A stretch of DNA of 64,000 nucleotides from Pyrinomonadaceae bacterium (lineage in GTDB: Bacteria; Acidobacteriota; Blastocatellia; Pyrinomonadales; Pyrinomonadaceae): NCBI GenBank assembly GCA_051006195.1, contig JBPCIP010000069.1:5480-69479 (forward strand). The letters run 5' to 3'. Below the pieces are notes generated by a model. It searched no databases, was not told the DNA's origin, and was given only the letters and a program-made list of their open reading frames with translations. Position 1 is the first letter of the stretch. Each line of letters starts with the position of its first letter. The position numbers and the translations under genes are program-made. Positions 48,236 to 58,600 of this stretch are shown one piece after another.

Positions 48236-49087
48236 TTGCGAGAAGGCGGGAGGCTGAGAGTCATTTCGACGTTTGACGAAATTAAAAGCGCGCCGCGCGT
48301 GGCGGCGTCGAGTTATTTGAACTCGGCGCCGCTGATATGGAGTTTTGCGCGCGGTGAGAGGGCGAGGGAAGTGCGTCTGCTGACGGATGCCGCCCCGTCG
48401 CGTTGCGCCGACATGCTCGCGCGCGGCGAGGTCGAGGCTGCGCTCGTGCCGGTCATCGAGTATCAGCGTCTGCCGGAAGTGGCGGTCGTCGAAGGCGTGT
48501 GTGTGGGCGCACGGCGCGCCGTGCGCAGCGTCGTGCTGGCGACGCGATGCGCTGATTTGAAAGAAGTTCGCACGCTCGCGCTCGACGAATCCTCGCGCAC
48601 GTCCGTCGCGCTCGTGCAGATCATTTTTCGTGAATTTTTAGAACGTGAGATCACCACTGCGCCCGCCTCGCCGGATGTGCGGGCGATGCTGGCGACGCAC
48701 GATGCCGCGCTCATTATCGGCGACCCGGCGATGACTTTCGCCCGCGAAAATTTGCGCGTGTACGATCTCGCGCTGCTGTGGCGCGAGTTCACGGGCCTTG
48801 GCTTCGTCTTCGCGATGTGGATGGCGCACGAGTCGGCGTTCGAGGCGGTGCGCGAAATTGATTTCGCGGGCGCGCGTGACGAGGGGTTAGCCAACTTGGA
48901 AGAGATTGTCGCGCAGTACGAGCAGGAACTGAGTTTGCCGCGCGAGGAACTGCGCTCTTACCTGATGGAGAACATCTGTTTCGACTTGAACGCGGACATG
49001 CGCGCCGGTCTCGAACTGTATTTCAAACTCGCGTACAAGCACGGACTCACAGCGTCGCAGCGTCCTCTGAAGCTGCTCGGCGGTTAG
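48236..49087 (+). CDS. mqnA: Chorismate dehydratase MqnA (futalosine pathway)
   Basis: SSYLNSAPL, DAALIIGDPAM and GLGFVFAMW are typical of the MqnA/MqnD SBP-like family. The start is uncertain. Confidence 0.8.
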   Translation: MREGGRLRVISTFDEIKSAPRVAASSYLNSAPLIWSFARGERAREVRLLTDAAPSRCADMLARGEVEAALVPVIEYQRLPEVAVVEGVCVGARRAVRSVVLATRCADLKEVRTLALDESSRTSVALVQIIFREFLEREITTAPASPDVRAMLATHDAALIIGDPAMTFARENLRVYDLALLWREFTGLGFVFAMWMAHESAFEAVREIDFAGARDEGLANLEEIVAQYEQELSLPREELRSYLMENICFDLNADMRAGLELYFKLAYKHGLTASQRPLKLLGG

Positions 49088-49154
49088 CTGGCGTCTCAAA
49101 GAAAGCGCGCCGCGTGGCGTATAATGACTTGAATTTACGAATCTCAAATTTGAG

Positions 49155-50330
49155 ATGTCAGATTTTTACTCATTGGCAATCAATCTTATGACGGATATTC
49201 AACCAATTCTCGACCGCACGCTCGGCGGCGAGCGACTGACGGCGGAAGATTGCGCCGCGTTGCTAGAGTCGGATGATTTCGTTCGCATCGGCCTCGCCGC
49301 CGACGAGATGCGGAAGCGCCGGCATCCCACGAACGTCGTCACCTACATCATCGACCGCAACATCAATTACACGAACGTCTGCAACGTCGTCTGCACTTTC
49401 TGCGCCTTCTACCGTCGCCCCGGCAAACCCGATACCTACGTCCGCACCGTCGCCGAGATTTGCGAGAAGATCGATGAGACCATCGCGCTCGGCGGCACGG
49501 GCATCCTGATGCAGGGCGGCCTCCATCCCGACTTCGGCCTCGAATGGTATGAAGACCTTCTGCGCACGCTCCACGCGAAGTACCCGCAGATGCAACTGCA
49601 CAGCTTTTCGCCGCCGGAGATTCACAACCTTCATCTCATCACGAAACTTTCTTACGAAGAGATTTTGGAGCGTTTGAAAGACGCCGGACTGTCGAGCCTG
49701 CCCGGCGGCGGCGGGGAGATTCTCGATGACGAAGTGCGCAAACGCGTCTCGACGAAATGCACGACCGACGAATGGCTCGCCGTGATGCGCGCCGTGCATC
49801 GCGTGGGCCTGCGCTCGACGGCGACGATGATGTTCGGCATCGGCGACAACCTCACGCACCGCGTCCGCCACCTCCAGCGCATCCGTGATCTGCAAGACGA
49901 AACCGGGGGCTTCACGGCCTTCATCCCGTGGACGTTCCAACGCGAGAACACCGCGCTCGGTCGCCGCATCAAAGACGAACCGACCGGCATCGACTATCTC
50001 AAGATGCTCGCCGTCTCGCGCCTCTTCCTCGACAACGTCGAAAACTTTCAATCCTCCTGGCTTACGCAGGGGCTTCGGCTCGGACAAGTCGCCCTTCGCT
50101 TCGGCGCGAACGACATGGGTTCCATCATGATCGAAGAGAACGTCGTCTCCGCCGCCGGCGCGCACAACGAAGCCGATGAGCGCATGCTCCGCTACCTCAT
50201 CCGCACCGCCGGCTTCCGCCCGCAGCAACGCGACATTCTCTACAACCACATCAACCGCGACGCATCAACCGACGCGGACGCGAGCGATTCCGCGACCCTG
50301 CGCGAACTGAGCGTTGCATTCGCTGATTGA
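49155..50330 (+). CDS. Radical SAM menaquinone biosynthesis enzyme (MqnC/MqnE family)
   Basis: IIDRNINYTNVCNVVCTFCAFYR (CxxxCxxC), adjacent to mqnA. MqnC and MqnE cannot be told apart by eye. Confidence 0.85.
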   Translation: MSDFYSLAINLMTDIQPILDRTLGGERLTAEDCAALLESDDFVRIGLAADEMRKRRHPTNVVTYIIDRNINYTNVCNVVCTFCAFYRRPGKPDTYVRTVAEICEKIDETIALGGTGILMQGGLHPDFGLEWYEDLLRTLHAKYPQMQLHSFSPPEIHNLHLITKLSYEEILERLKDAGLSSLPGGGGEILDDEVRKRVSTKCTTDEWLAVMRAVHRVGLRSTATMMFGIGDNLTHRVRHLQRIRDLQDETGGFTAFIPWTFQRENTALGRRIKDEPTGIDYLKMLAVSRLFLDNVENFQSSWLTQGLRLGQVALRFGANDMGSIMIEENVVSAAGAHNEADERMLRYLIRTAGFRPQQRDILYNHINRDASTDADASDSATLRELSVAFAD

Positions 50331-50334
50331 GCGA
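50152..50334 (+). repeat. Direct repeat copy 1 (functional 3' end of the mqnC/E gene)
   Basis: Aligns by hand with 51064..51247: about 10 substitutions plus one 1-nt indel over ~183 bp. Confidence 0.9.
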
Positions 50335-50426
50335 TTCAAGCTGCGAAGAAAAAGAGGTGTAACGGGTTTCGGCAGTGTCGCCGGAAAGGAGTTGTCTGAT
50401 GTGCTGTATAGCTGCAAATGCTCATC

Positions 50427-50993
50427 TTACTTGTCGAAAATCTGTTGAGCTATACATTTGAAGCCGGGCAAAATTGGCGACGTGATTTCGTCCTCACCCG
50501 TCAGCGTAGCCACGAGAGTTAAGGTGCGCTCATTCAAGCGATATATCTCCAGAGCGCGCGATTCAGGATTAGCGATCCAGTATTCCTTGACTCCGAACTT
50601 CCCGTAAACCTGACGCTTCACTTCGCGATCACGCCGCGCATTTTCTTTGCCCGGCGAGACGATTTCGATAGCCAGTGCGGGGGCTTCGGTGATGCGTTCC
50701 CCGGAGCCAATGTCGCCCACCTGCTGATTGGTGATGAAAACAAGGTCGGGAATAGCGCTATTAAAGTTATCGAAGATGACCCCCGGCGTGAGCAGTATCT
50801 CACCCACCGCCTGTTGATCCAGATATGATCTCAAAATGGCATGAAGATTTCCTAAGACACGCTGGCGTGAGAGACTGGGCGCGCGTGACACAATGAGTTC
50901 TCCTTCAAAGAGTTCATAACGGTTTTCATCTTCCGGCATCGCCTCAAGATCGGCCACCGTCAACAGCGGCTCAACTTTAGCTGACATATACAC
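50427..50993 (-). CDS. Uma2-family (DUF820) PD-(D/E)XK endonuclease
   Basis: IPDLVFI..., ALAIEIVSPGKENARRDREVKRQVYGKFGVKEYWIANP is the typical Uma2 core. GC is lower than in the flanks. Confidence 0.85.
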   Translation of the reverse strand: MYMSAKVEPLLTVADLEAMPEDENRYELFEGELIVSRAPSLSRQRVLGNLHAILRSYLDQQAVGEILLTPGVIFDNFNSAIPDLVFITNQQVGDIGSGERITEAPALAIEIVSPGKENARRDREVKRQVYGKFGVKEYWIANPESRALEIYRLNERTLTLVATLTGEDEITSPILPGFKCIAQQIFDK

Positions 50994-51063
50994 CTCCTAA
51001 TTCGCTCTCCACGCGACGAGAACATAACACGCCAGCTAGAGAAGCCTCAACGCTTTGCTACAA

Positions 51064-51247
51064 CCGCCGGCGCGCACAACGAAGCCGACGAGCGCATGCT
51101 CCGCTACCTCATCCGCACCGCCGGCTTCCGCCCGCAGCAACGCGACATCCTCTACAACCACGTCAACCGCGACGCATCAACCGCAGGCGGACGCGAGCGA
51201 TTCCGCGACCCTGCGCGAGTTGAGCGTCGCTTTTGCGGATTGAGCGA
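51064..51247 (+). pseudogene. Direct repeat copy 2: displaced, frameshifted duplicate of the mqnC/E 3' end
   Basis: It encodes ...AGAHNEADERMLRYLIRTAGFRPQQRDILYNHVNRDAST, then a 1-nt insertion, then ADASDSATLRELSVAFAD* in the next frame (split across ORFs 51096.. and 51055..). Confidence 0.85.
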
Positions 51248-51354
51248 GAAGGGAGAGACCCGGAAACTAACTCCTGCGAATTGCCGGCCCACCAAGATCG
51301 TAGACTGGGATGACAACTTTCGTGTCGCCGGTTCCCGCGCCATCGCTTTCCATT

Positions 51355-51579
51355 TTAGCCTGTAATGGCGGCCACGATGATCATCGCGATGCCGATAATC
51401 ACAGAGGCGATGACGATGGCGAGGGCGACGTTTTGATCTTCTTCGATTTCCTTGCGAAGAGAGAAAGGCGTGGCTTTTCCCATGATGAAGAAGGCGAGTC
51501 CGAACAGTGCCAGACCGATAATCGTGAAAATAGCGACCTGCAAAATTGATTGGGTCAAGGGTATCGTCTGAAAAAGCAT
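51355..51579 (-). CDS. DUF350 domain membrane protein
   Basis: 74 aa, two TM helices, ...FSLRKEIEEDQNVALAIVIASVIIGIAMII is typical of DUF350. Confidence 0.7.
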   Translation of the reverse strand: MLFQTIPLTQSILQVAIFTIIGLALFGLAFFIMGKATPFSLRKEIEEDQNVALAIVIASVIIGIAMIIVAAITG

Positions 51580-51600
51580 AGTTATCTCCGGCAGTCTATT

Positions 51601-51787
51601 CTACTTGGTAAGCCATTTACTCAATTGCCCTTCAGCCTCTTCTTGGGTGAGTGTTGCTTGAGTGTCGGCGATCTCCAACCGTGTTGTACTTTTTCGATTA
51701 CATAGAGATGGTATTGAATATCTTCCAGTGGCAATCATCAGGCAGCTTATGAAGTAAAGCCTCAACTTCTTCCTTTACGGTGCTCAT
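51601..51787 (-). pseudogene. Small antitoxin-like / addiction-module-component-like gene, disrupted by two frameshifts
   Basis: Manual translation gives MSTVKEEVEALLHKLPDDC in frame 1, LEDIQYHLYVIEKVQHG in frame 2 and LEIADTQATLTQEEAEGQLSKWLTK* in frame 3. Joined, they resemble a common ~60-aa family. Confidence 0.45.
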
Positions 51788-51881
51788 AACCTCGCTCCTT
51801 CATCTGAGAATTACGCCTCAATTTGCAGTCAATTTAACACACAAATGATTCCAAAGAAGCGTGGCTTACTATGCCCGCGCG

Positions 51882-54263
51882 TCAACGCCATTTGAAGATG
51901 CTGACGATATTGGAGAAGTCGTCGCGCCAGACCGGGCGGTCGAGGCGGCCTTCGAGTTTACGCCAGTTCGCGTTGTTGGCGAGTGTTCCCGTGTCTTCGG
52001 GGCGGCGTGCCATGACGACCCATTGAGAGGGTTCTTTGCCGCTCGTCCCGCTGGGGGCAGTGTCGTCGAAGACGAGGGAGGTTAAGTTTCGGCTGCGGGC
52101 TAAGTCGGCGACGACGGGGTGGAGGTCGAGGCTGCGGTTGGAGATGTGGAAGACGAGAAGACCGACGGGGGCGAGTTTGGAGAGATAGAGGTCGAGGGCT
52201 TCGAGGGTCATGAGGTGCGTGGGGATGGCGTCGGAACTGAAGGCGTCGAGGACGATGAGGTCGTAGTGCGCGGCGGGAGCATTGCGGAGTTGCAGGCGCG
52301 CGTCGCCGAGGGAGATACGGACGGGAGCGGCGGCGCAGTAAGAAAGATAAGTGAAATATGACGGGTCGCGCGCTATCTGAACGACGGCAGGATTGATTTC
52401 GTAGAACGTCCAGCTTTGACCTGCGCGGGCGTAGGCGGCGGTTGCGCCGGTGCCGAGGCCGACGATGGCGACGTTGCCGTTGCGGGCAGGGCGTTCGTTG
52501 AAAGCGGCGAAGACCTGACCGAGCGGCCCGGTGCGATGATAATAAGAGAGCGGGTCGCACTGGCGGTCGAGGGCGAGCGATTGTCGCCCGTGGACGGTCG
52601 TGCCGTGGTAGAGCCAATGCATGTCGCTCATGGGGTCGCGCGTGACGCGCAGGAGGCCGAAGAAGTTGCGTTCGGCGATGAGCGTCTCGGTGTTGAGCCG
52701 TGCGTGAAAACTGCTGCCGAGCATGACCGCGCCAAGCGCGAGGGCGAAACGCGAGGGGCGACGACGGAATAGATAGGCGAGGATGAGAGGCACACCCGTC
52801 ACGAGGGCGAGACTTTGCACCCACTCGATGCGAAAGCGATTGATGATGAGCGCGAGCAGGATCGTGAGTAACGCGAGGCAAGCCGGAAAACCGATGTCGA
52901 GCCAACGCTCGCGCGGTGTCGTTGTGCTCGCGTCGTTTTGCGGGCGCGGCAAGAGCAGGCAGGCGAGCAGGATGACGAGCGGATATTCGAGCGCGGAGTT
53001 GAACAGGGCGGGCGCGACGAGCGCGTTGCAGATGCCGCCGAGCACGCCGCCGACGGACATCAGCAGATAAAACTCCGCGAGATGCCGGACGGCGGGACGC
53101 TCCTCCGCCAACTGCCCGTGGCACAGCATCGCCGCGACGAAGAAAAAGAAGAGATGGAGAAAAGCGAGGAACCACGCCGGCTGCGTCGCGCCCGACAGAT
53201 ACGCGAGGACGAAGACGAGCGCAACGCCCGGCAGGATGCGCGACAGGGCGCGCGGCGGGAAAATTTGCCTGCGGGCGAAAGCGAAGACCAGCGTGAGCAG
53301 ATAGAGCGAGAGCGGGATGACCCAGAGCAGGGGGAGCGAAGCGATGTCGGTTGAGATGTAGGTCGTCACGCCGAGCATCAGACTCGACGGCACGAAGGCG
53401 AGCGCGACCCAGCGCAGGCGACGCCGCCATGAAAGCGTTCCGGTTTGTGTTGCATCAGGTTGAGCGGCTTGTGATTCTTCGTCTTCACCGTGCGGCTCTA
53501 TCCAGTCAACGACGCCTTCAGAGGGCAGGCTCGTCGCTCGTCGCTTCGTTCGTCGAAGCAATCCGAGGGCGCAGGCCGCGATGAGCAGCACGAGCAGGGC
53601 ATAGACGAATGACCAGAGACGGCTCTGCCCGCTGAGCGCAATGCCGGGTTCGAGCAGAAGCGGGTAACTCAAGAGCGCGAGGAGACTCCCCGCGTTGCTC
53701 GCCGCGTAGAGAAAATAGGGGTCGTGCGAAGATCGTTGGCGCGTCTCCGCGAACCACTTTTGGAGCAGCGGGCTGTTGGTCGAGACGGCGAAGAAGGGCA
53801 GCCCCACCGTCGTCAACAAACTCTCTAATAACCACAGCGACGGGTTGCCTTCGCCCGGCACGGAGCTGATCGTTGCCTCGGAAATGAGGATGGGAAAGCT
53901 GAGCGCGGCAAGGAGGAGCAGGAGCAGTTGCGCGATGATCTGTTGTCGCAGATTCAGCCACTTCGAGACGGCGAGCGCGTAGGCGTAACCCGCGAGCAGC
54001 ATCGCCTGAAAAAAGAGCATGCAAGTGTTCCACACGGCGGGCGTGCCGCCGAGGAGCGGCAAGAGCATCTTTGCCACCATCGGCTGCACCCAGAACAGCA
54101 GCGACGCGCTGATGAATAACGTTGCGGCGAACAAGAGCGTCAACCCGCTTGAGCGTTCCGGCATGCGTAATGGTGGGTGTGCTACTGCGGCCACTGCATT
54201 CGTTGACGCACCCACCGATGCGGGCGCAGTTGCGCGTAGAGGCCGACCTGCCAATCCATCCAT
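51882..54263 (-). CDS. Fused polytopic membrane domain / spermidine-synthase-like methyltransferase-fold protein
   Basis: About 500 aa of TM helices, then VAIVGLGTGATAAY and DLIVLDAFSSDAIPTHL (spermidine synthase family motifs). The start may be internal (MPERSSG). Confidence 0.8.
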   Translation of the reverse strand: MDGLAGRPLRATAPASVGASTNAVAAVAHPPLRMPERSSGLTLLFAATLFISASLLFWVQPMVAKMLLPLLGGTPAVWNTCMLFFQAMLLAGYAYALAVSKWLNLRQQIIAQLLLLLLAALSFPILISEATISSVPGEGNPSLWLLESLLTTVGLPFFAVSTNSPLLQKWFAETRQRSSHDPYFLYAASNAGSLLALLSYPLLLEPGIALSGQSRLWSFVYALLVLLIAACALGLLRRTKRRATSLPSEGVVDWIEPHGEDEESQAAQPDATQTGTLSWRRRLRWVALAFVPSSLMLGVTTYISTDIASLPLLWVIPLSLYLLTLVFAFARRQIFPPRALSRILPGVALVFVLAYLSGATQPAWFLAFLHLFFFFVAAMLCHGQLAEERPAVRHLAEFYLLMSVGGVLGGICNALVAPALFNSALEYPLVILLACLLLPRPQNDASTTTPRERWLDIGFPACLALLTILLALIINRFRIEWVQSLALVTGVPLILAYLFRRRPSRFALALGAVMLGSSFHARLNTETLIAERNFFGLLRVTRDPMSDMHWLYHGTTVHGRQSLALDRQCDPLSYYHRTGPLGQVFAAFNERPARNGNVAIVGLGTGATAAYARAGQSWTFYEINPAVVQIARDPSYFTYLSYCAAAPVRISLGDARLQLRNAPAAHYDLIVLDAFSSDAIPTHLMTLEALDLYLSKLAPVGLLVFHISNRSLDLHPVVADLARSRNLTSLVFDDTAPSGTSGKEPSQWVVMARRPEDTGTLANNANWRKLEGRLDRPVWRDDFSNIVSIFKWR

Positions 54264-54501
54264 CCGAACCGCCTGTATCGCATCATTCGCTCCTTAGAGA
54301 GTTGGCCGCAACAGTCAACAGTACGATGCCCGCAGCGTTGTGCGTCGTTCAAGGTAGAGAAGGCTTTCTTGAGGGCAAGCATAACACTGCTTCGCGCGCC
54401 GGGTGAATGAGCGCAGCATTATGCTGCTTCTGATTGTCTTACCGTAAACTGACTGACTACTAAATCGAAACTTACGACATTTGGACACGCAGAAAAGGCT
54501 T

Positions 54502-54577
54502 GTCCACGAAATTACACGAAACAGCACGAAACAAGGACAGCAACTTTGTGGGTTTTGCTTCGTATCGGTTCGTGGAC
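54502..54577. terminator. Imperfect repeat-built hairpin downstream of the hydrolase gene
   Basis: gtccacgaa (54502-54510) pairs with ttcgtggac (54569-54577). The loop has reiterated cacgaaa / ttcgt units. T-rich runs follow on both strands. Confidence 0.5.
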
Positions 54578-54614
54578 GAATTTTTCTTTTGTACTAATCC
54601 TTATAAGGTTCGGT

Positions 54615-55598
54615 TCAGGCGGCAGCCGGACGCGCCTGAAGAGTGGTGCGGACGAGAGCATTGAATTTTTCGGCGTGTTCCGTTTGCGGCATCATGCGGC
54701 AGCGGTCGAAAACTTCCAGACTCATGTGCGGGTTGAGACGCAGCAGTGCGGCGGCCTGTGAGACGGGAGCGATGCGATCCTGTTTGCCCCAGATGAGCGT
54801 GACGGGTTGCGTGAGGCGCGCGAAGGCTTCACGCGTGTCGGCGTTGAGGTAGCCGGAGAGGAACGCGGCGACGGCGTATTGCGCGCCGGGTAGATGGCTC
54901 GCGGTGTAGTAATGCGTGATGAGTCGCGGGGTCGCGAAGCGGCGGTCGTAGAACAGTTGCTTGCGCGCGTAGTCGCGCAAGCTGCGTTCGCTTGTCATCG
55001 CATTATAAAAGGACGCGCCGAGGACGGGCGAATGGAGCAATCCGTAGAAAGCCGCGCCGGGCAGATCGGGGCGCGCGTGAACCGATTCGATGCCGGACGG
55101 GGCCACGAGCGTAAGCGAACGCACCAGCGAGGGATGCTCGTCCGCGACACGCACGGCGAAGGCCGCGCTGAAAGAATTGGCGACGAGGTGCGTGGGGGCA
55201 TGGCGCACCTCGTCGCCGAGAAAGTCTCGGATGAGGGCGACGTAGAGGTCGGCTGAGTAAGGCGCGCTGGCCGGTTTATCGGAAAGGCCGAAGCCGAGCA
55301 GGTCGGGCGCGTAGACGCGAAAGTCTGCGGCCAGGGCGTCGAAGTTTTTACGCCACATGAAAGAGGACGCGCCCGCGCCGATGCCGTGCAAAAGCACGAG
55401 CGGTTCGTTGGCGTCCAACCCGGCCACGCGATAAAACACGCGCCCGTGCTCGAAGGCGAAAGTCCGCGCTTCGCCGCCAAGAGCGGTATCCTCCGGCTCG
55501 ATGGCTCCGCGAGAGATCGAGGCGTTCACCGCTGCGAGCGCGGCCACACTCGCGCCGCTCGCCAGCAAGCCTTTCCAAAATTTTTGTTTCACACTCAT
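54615..55598 (-). CDS. Alpha/beta hydrolase
   Basis: LVLLHGIGAGASSF and a nucleophile-elbow-like VANSFSA; 327 aa with an N-terminal signal/anchor. Confidence 0.8.
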   Translation of the reverse strand: MSVKQKFWKGLLASGASVAALAAVNASISRGAIEPEDTALGGEARTFAFEHGRVFYRVAGLDANEPLVLLHGIGAGASSFMWRKNFDALAADFRVYAPDLLGFGLSDKPASAPYSADLYVALIRDFLGDEVRHAPTHLVANSFSAAFAVRVADEHPSLVRSLTLVAPSGIESVHARPDLPGAAFYGLLHSPVLGASFYNAMTSERSLRDYARKQLFYDRRFATPRLITHYYTASHLPGAQYAVAAFLSGYLNADTREAFARLTQPVTLIWGKQDRIAPVSQAAALLRLNPHMSLEVFDRCRMMPQTEHAEKFNALVRTTLQARPAAA

Positions 55599-55608
55599 AA
55601 CAAGAGAT

Positions 55609-55658
55609 CAGAGGTTAGAGGCCAGTTGGAACTGGTTTGCACTAACCTCTAACCTCTG
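55609..55658. terminator. Heptamer-based hairpin (AGAGGTT type) downstream of the RNase E/G gene
   Basis: cagaggttagagg (55609-55621) pairs with cctctaacctctg (55646-55658); inner ccagtt/aactgg stem. It has the same heptamer as the 60819 element. Confidence 0.8.
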
Positions 55659-55661
55659 CGT

Positions 55662-58600
55662 TTAAATAAAAGCGAAGTCGAACTGTTCCTGATGAACGCG
55701 CTCGTCGCTCGTGATGTCCACCGCGCCGAGATAATCTTCGATTTCGGTGAGCACGTCGCGTTCGGTGGAGCGGAGCGCGCGGGCCACTTCCGGGTTGATG
55801 CGCAAAGTCGTTTGCTTGATGCCGTCGCCGTTCATCCCGCGCGCGAGGCGGCGCGCTTCGTCGAGGATTTCGTAGCAGACGGTTTGCGCCGACTTCACCA
55901 AACCCGCGCCCTGACAATATTGGCAAGGGCTACAGAGCGTGCGTTCGAGCGACTGCTTGACGCGTTTGCGGGTCATGATGACGAGGCCGAAGTCGTTGAA
56001 GGAAAGCACCTTCGTCGGCGACTTGTCGTCGCGCAAAGCGTCTTGCAGGGCGGCCATCACGCGGTTGCGGTTGCGTCTGTCTTCCATGTCGATGAGATCG
56101 AGCACGATGATGCCGCCGAGATCGCGCAGGCGAATCTGGCGCGCGATTTCATCGACCGCTTCCATATTCGTCCGTGTGATGGTGTCTTCGAGACGTGTGC
56201 CGCCGCGCCCGACGAACTTGCCCGTGTTCACGTCAATCGCCACCAGCGCTTCCGTCTGGTTGATGACGAGGTAGCCGCCGGATTTCAACCACACGCGCGG
56301 CTTGATCGCCTTGTCGATCTCATCCTGCACGCCGAAGGCTTCGAGGATCGGCGCTTCGCGCGTGTAGAGTTTGGCGCGAGTGACGAGGCGCGGCTGGATG
56401 CGGTTGATGAATTCAACGATGGCCTGATATTCCTCTTCGGAATCGACGCGGATGGCCGTGAAGTCGTCGGAGAGTTGATCGCGCAGAATGCGCTGCACGA
56501 GGTCGAGGTCTTTGTGCGTGAGCGTCGGGGCTTTCTGTTTCTCGGCGGTGCGGCGAATGTCGAGCCATGTGCGCACGAGATAGCGCGCGTCGTCTCGGAG
56601 GTCTTCTTCGCTGATGCCGATGCCGGCGGTGCGAACGATGAAGCCGCCCGACGGTACGTCTTCCGTCGCGCGAATGTTTTGGATCAACTTGCGCAAACGC
56701 ACCCGCTCGCTGTCGGACTCGATCTTGCGCGAGACGCCAACATGCTCGACCGTCGGCATGTAGACGAGGAACCGACCGGGCAGAGCGATGTGCGACGTGA
56801 TGCGTGCGCCTTTCGCCGCGATGGGCTCTTTCGCGATCTGGACCAGAATTTCCTGCCCTTCACGCAAAAGGTCTGTGATGAGCGGCGTGTGCCGGTCGCG
56901 CCCGCCACCGCGCCCTCCGCCGCGCCCGCCTTCATTGCGCCCGCCTTCGCCGCGCCCGCCTTCATTGCGCCCGCCTTCGCTGCGCCCGCCTTCGCTGCGC
57001 TCTGCGCCTTCGCCGTTGTTCCCACGGGGAGCGCGCTCGCCGCCACGTTCGCCGCGATCATTACGACCACCACCGCGCGAATTACGGCCTCTCGGTTCAG
57101 GTCGCCCTTCAGCACGCGATTCGGGGCGCGCTTCAGTACGCGGTTCGGGGCGCATTTCAATGGGCGGTTCCGGTCGTGCCGCCGGAGTTTCTTCAATTGC
57201 CGCCGCTTCAGACGCAAGCGGCTCGTTAACTTCTTCGGCATGACCGTTGGAACCGTCGGCTTCAACTCCGCCTTCTTCGGGTTTGCCGCCGGGGCGACGA
57301 TTGCGCCGGCGCCCGCCGCGCCGGGCAAATTCGCCGCGCGCCGGCCTGTCCGCGACCCCTGCTTCCGCGTCCGCGAGCGGCTGATTGTCCTTCAACGCTT
57401 CGGCTGCTGCGTCGTCCGGGGCATTGCCCTCGGCAGCGGCTTCCGCCGCCGCCTCGCCGGATTTGGCTTTGCCGGCGCGAGATGTCGAACCGCCCTTCGC
57501 CGCCGACTTGCCTTTCGTGGGCGGCTTCTTTGTCGTCGCCGTTGTTGTTGCTTCTTTCGTTCCGCGCGCCGAACGGCTGCTCTTTTTCTTCGCGCCAATC
57601 TCTTCCGTCGCATCGTCCGGCGTGGCGCTCGTCGTGATTGTTTCCTCCGCCGTAGTTTCATCCGGCGTCGATTCGTCGTCGGCCTTCTTGCTCTTGCCTG
57701 CGCGGCGCGACTTGCTCGCCCTGCTGCCGCGCGCCGGAGTCGCGGTTTCGCCATCCGTCAGCCTTACGCCTTCGACGGCTTTCTCCTCATCGTCGCTGAT
57801 GCGCTCGAACGATTGAGTTTCACCCGCGCTTAGCGCGGAGTCTGCGGCGTGGTCGTCCACGAATGCGGCCACTGTCGCGGCGACCGCAGGTTGAATCGCT
57901 TCAACTGTGCGCGGAGCGACATCGTGCGCGTCGTCATCGTCAGCGATGCGCTGGAAGGAAGTGTTGGCGGAGGCATTTTCGGCAGCAAACAGCGAGCCGA
58001 CTTCCGTCGCCGTGGGCGTTTCCATATCGAACTCGACGGCGTGAATTTGATCGAAGATGCGTTCCTGTAAACGCGCATCCTTGAACATCTCGCCCTCGCC
58101 CGCCGCCTCGTCATCCACGATGCGCTGGAACGATTTATCCGCTGCCCCGAAAGGCGTCTCGAACTCCTCGCGCGCCGTGAGGCGCGCTTTCACTTCATCA
58201 GCGAAACTCGTCGCCGGAGGCGTCTGGCTGCCGGCGTTCGCCGCTGCTGCCGCCGTGCCAAGTGCCTGCGGATAGTTGTCGCGCCCGCCTCTGCGACGTT
58301 TATTGCGGTCGCGTCGCCCGCCGCTCTGCCCGGTCAAGTCCGCGCCTTCATCTGAGGCGGCGGCGGCGATGATGGGTGTCGCCGGTTCGTCCTCCGCCAG
58401 CCCCACCATCGGCAGTTCGAATTCGGGCGCTTCATCCTCTTCTTCTTCATCCGCATCGAGAATCGGTTGCGCGCGTTCCTGCGCAGAGTCCATCTGGCGT
58501 TCGCGCTCAAGCCGCGAGCGTTCCAGTTTCTCGGCGGCGGCGCGAGCGGCGGAAGCAGCGTCCGCTCCCTCCGTCTTCTTCTTGTCCACGACGATGCGCT

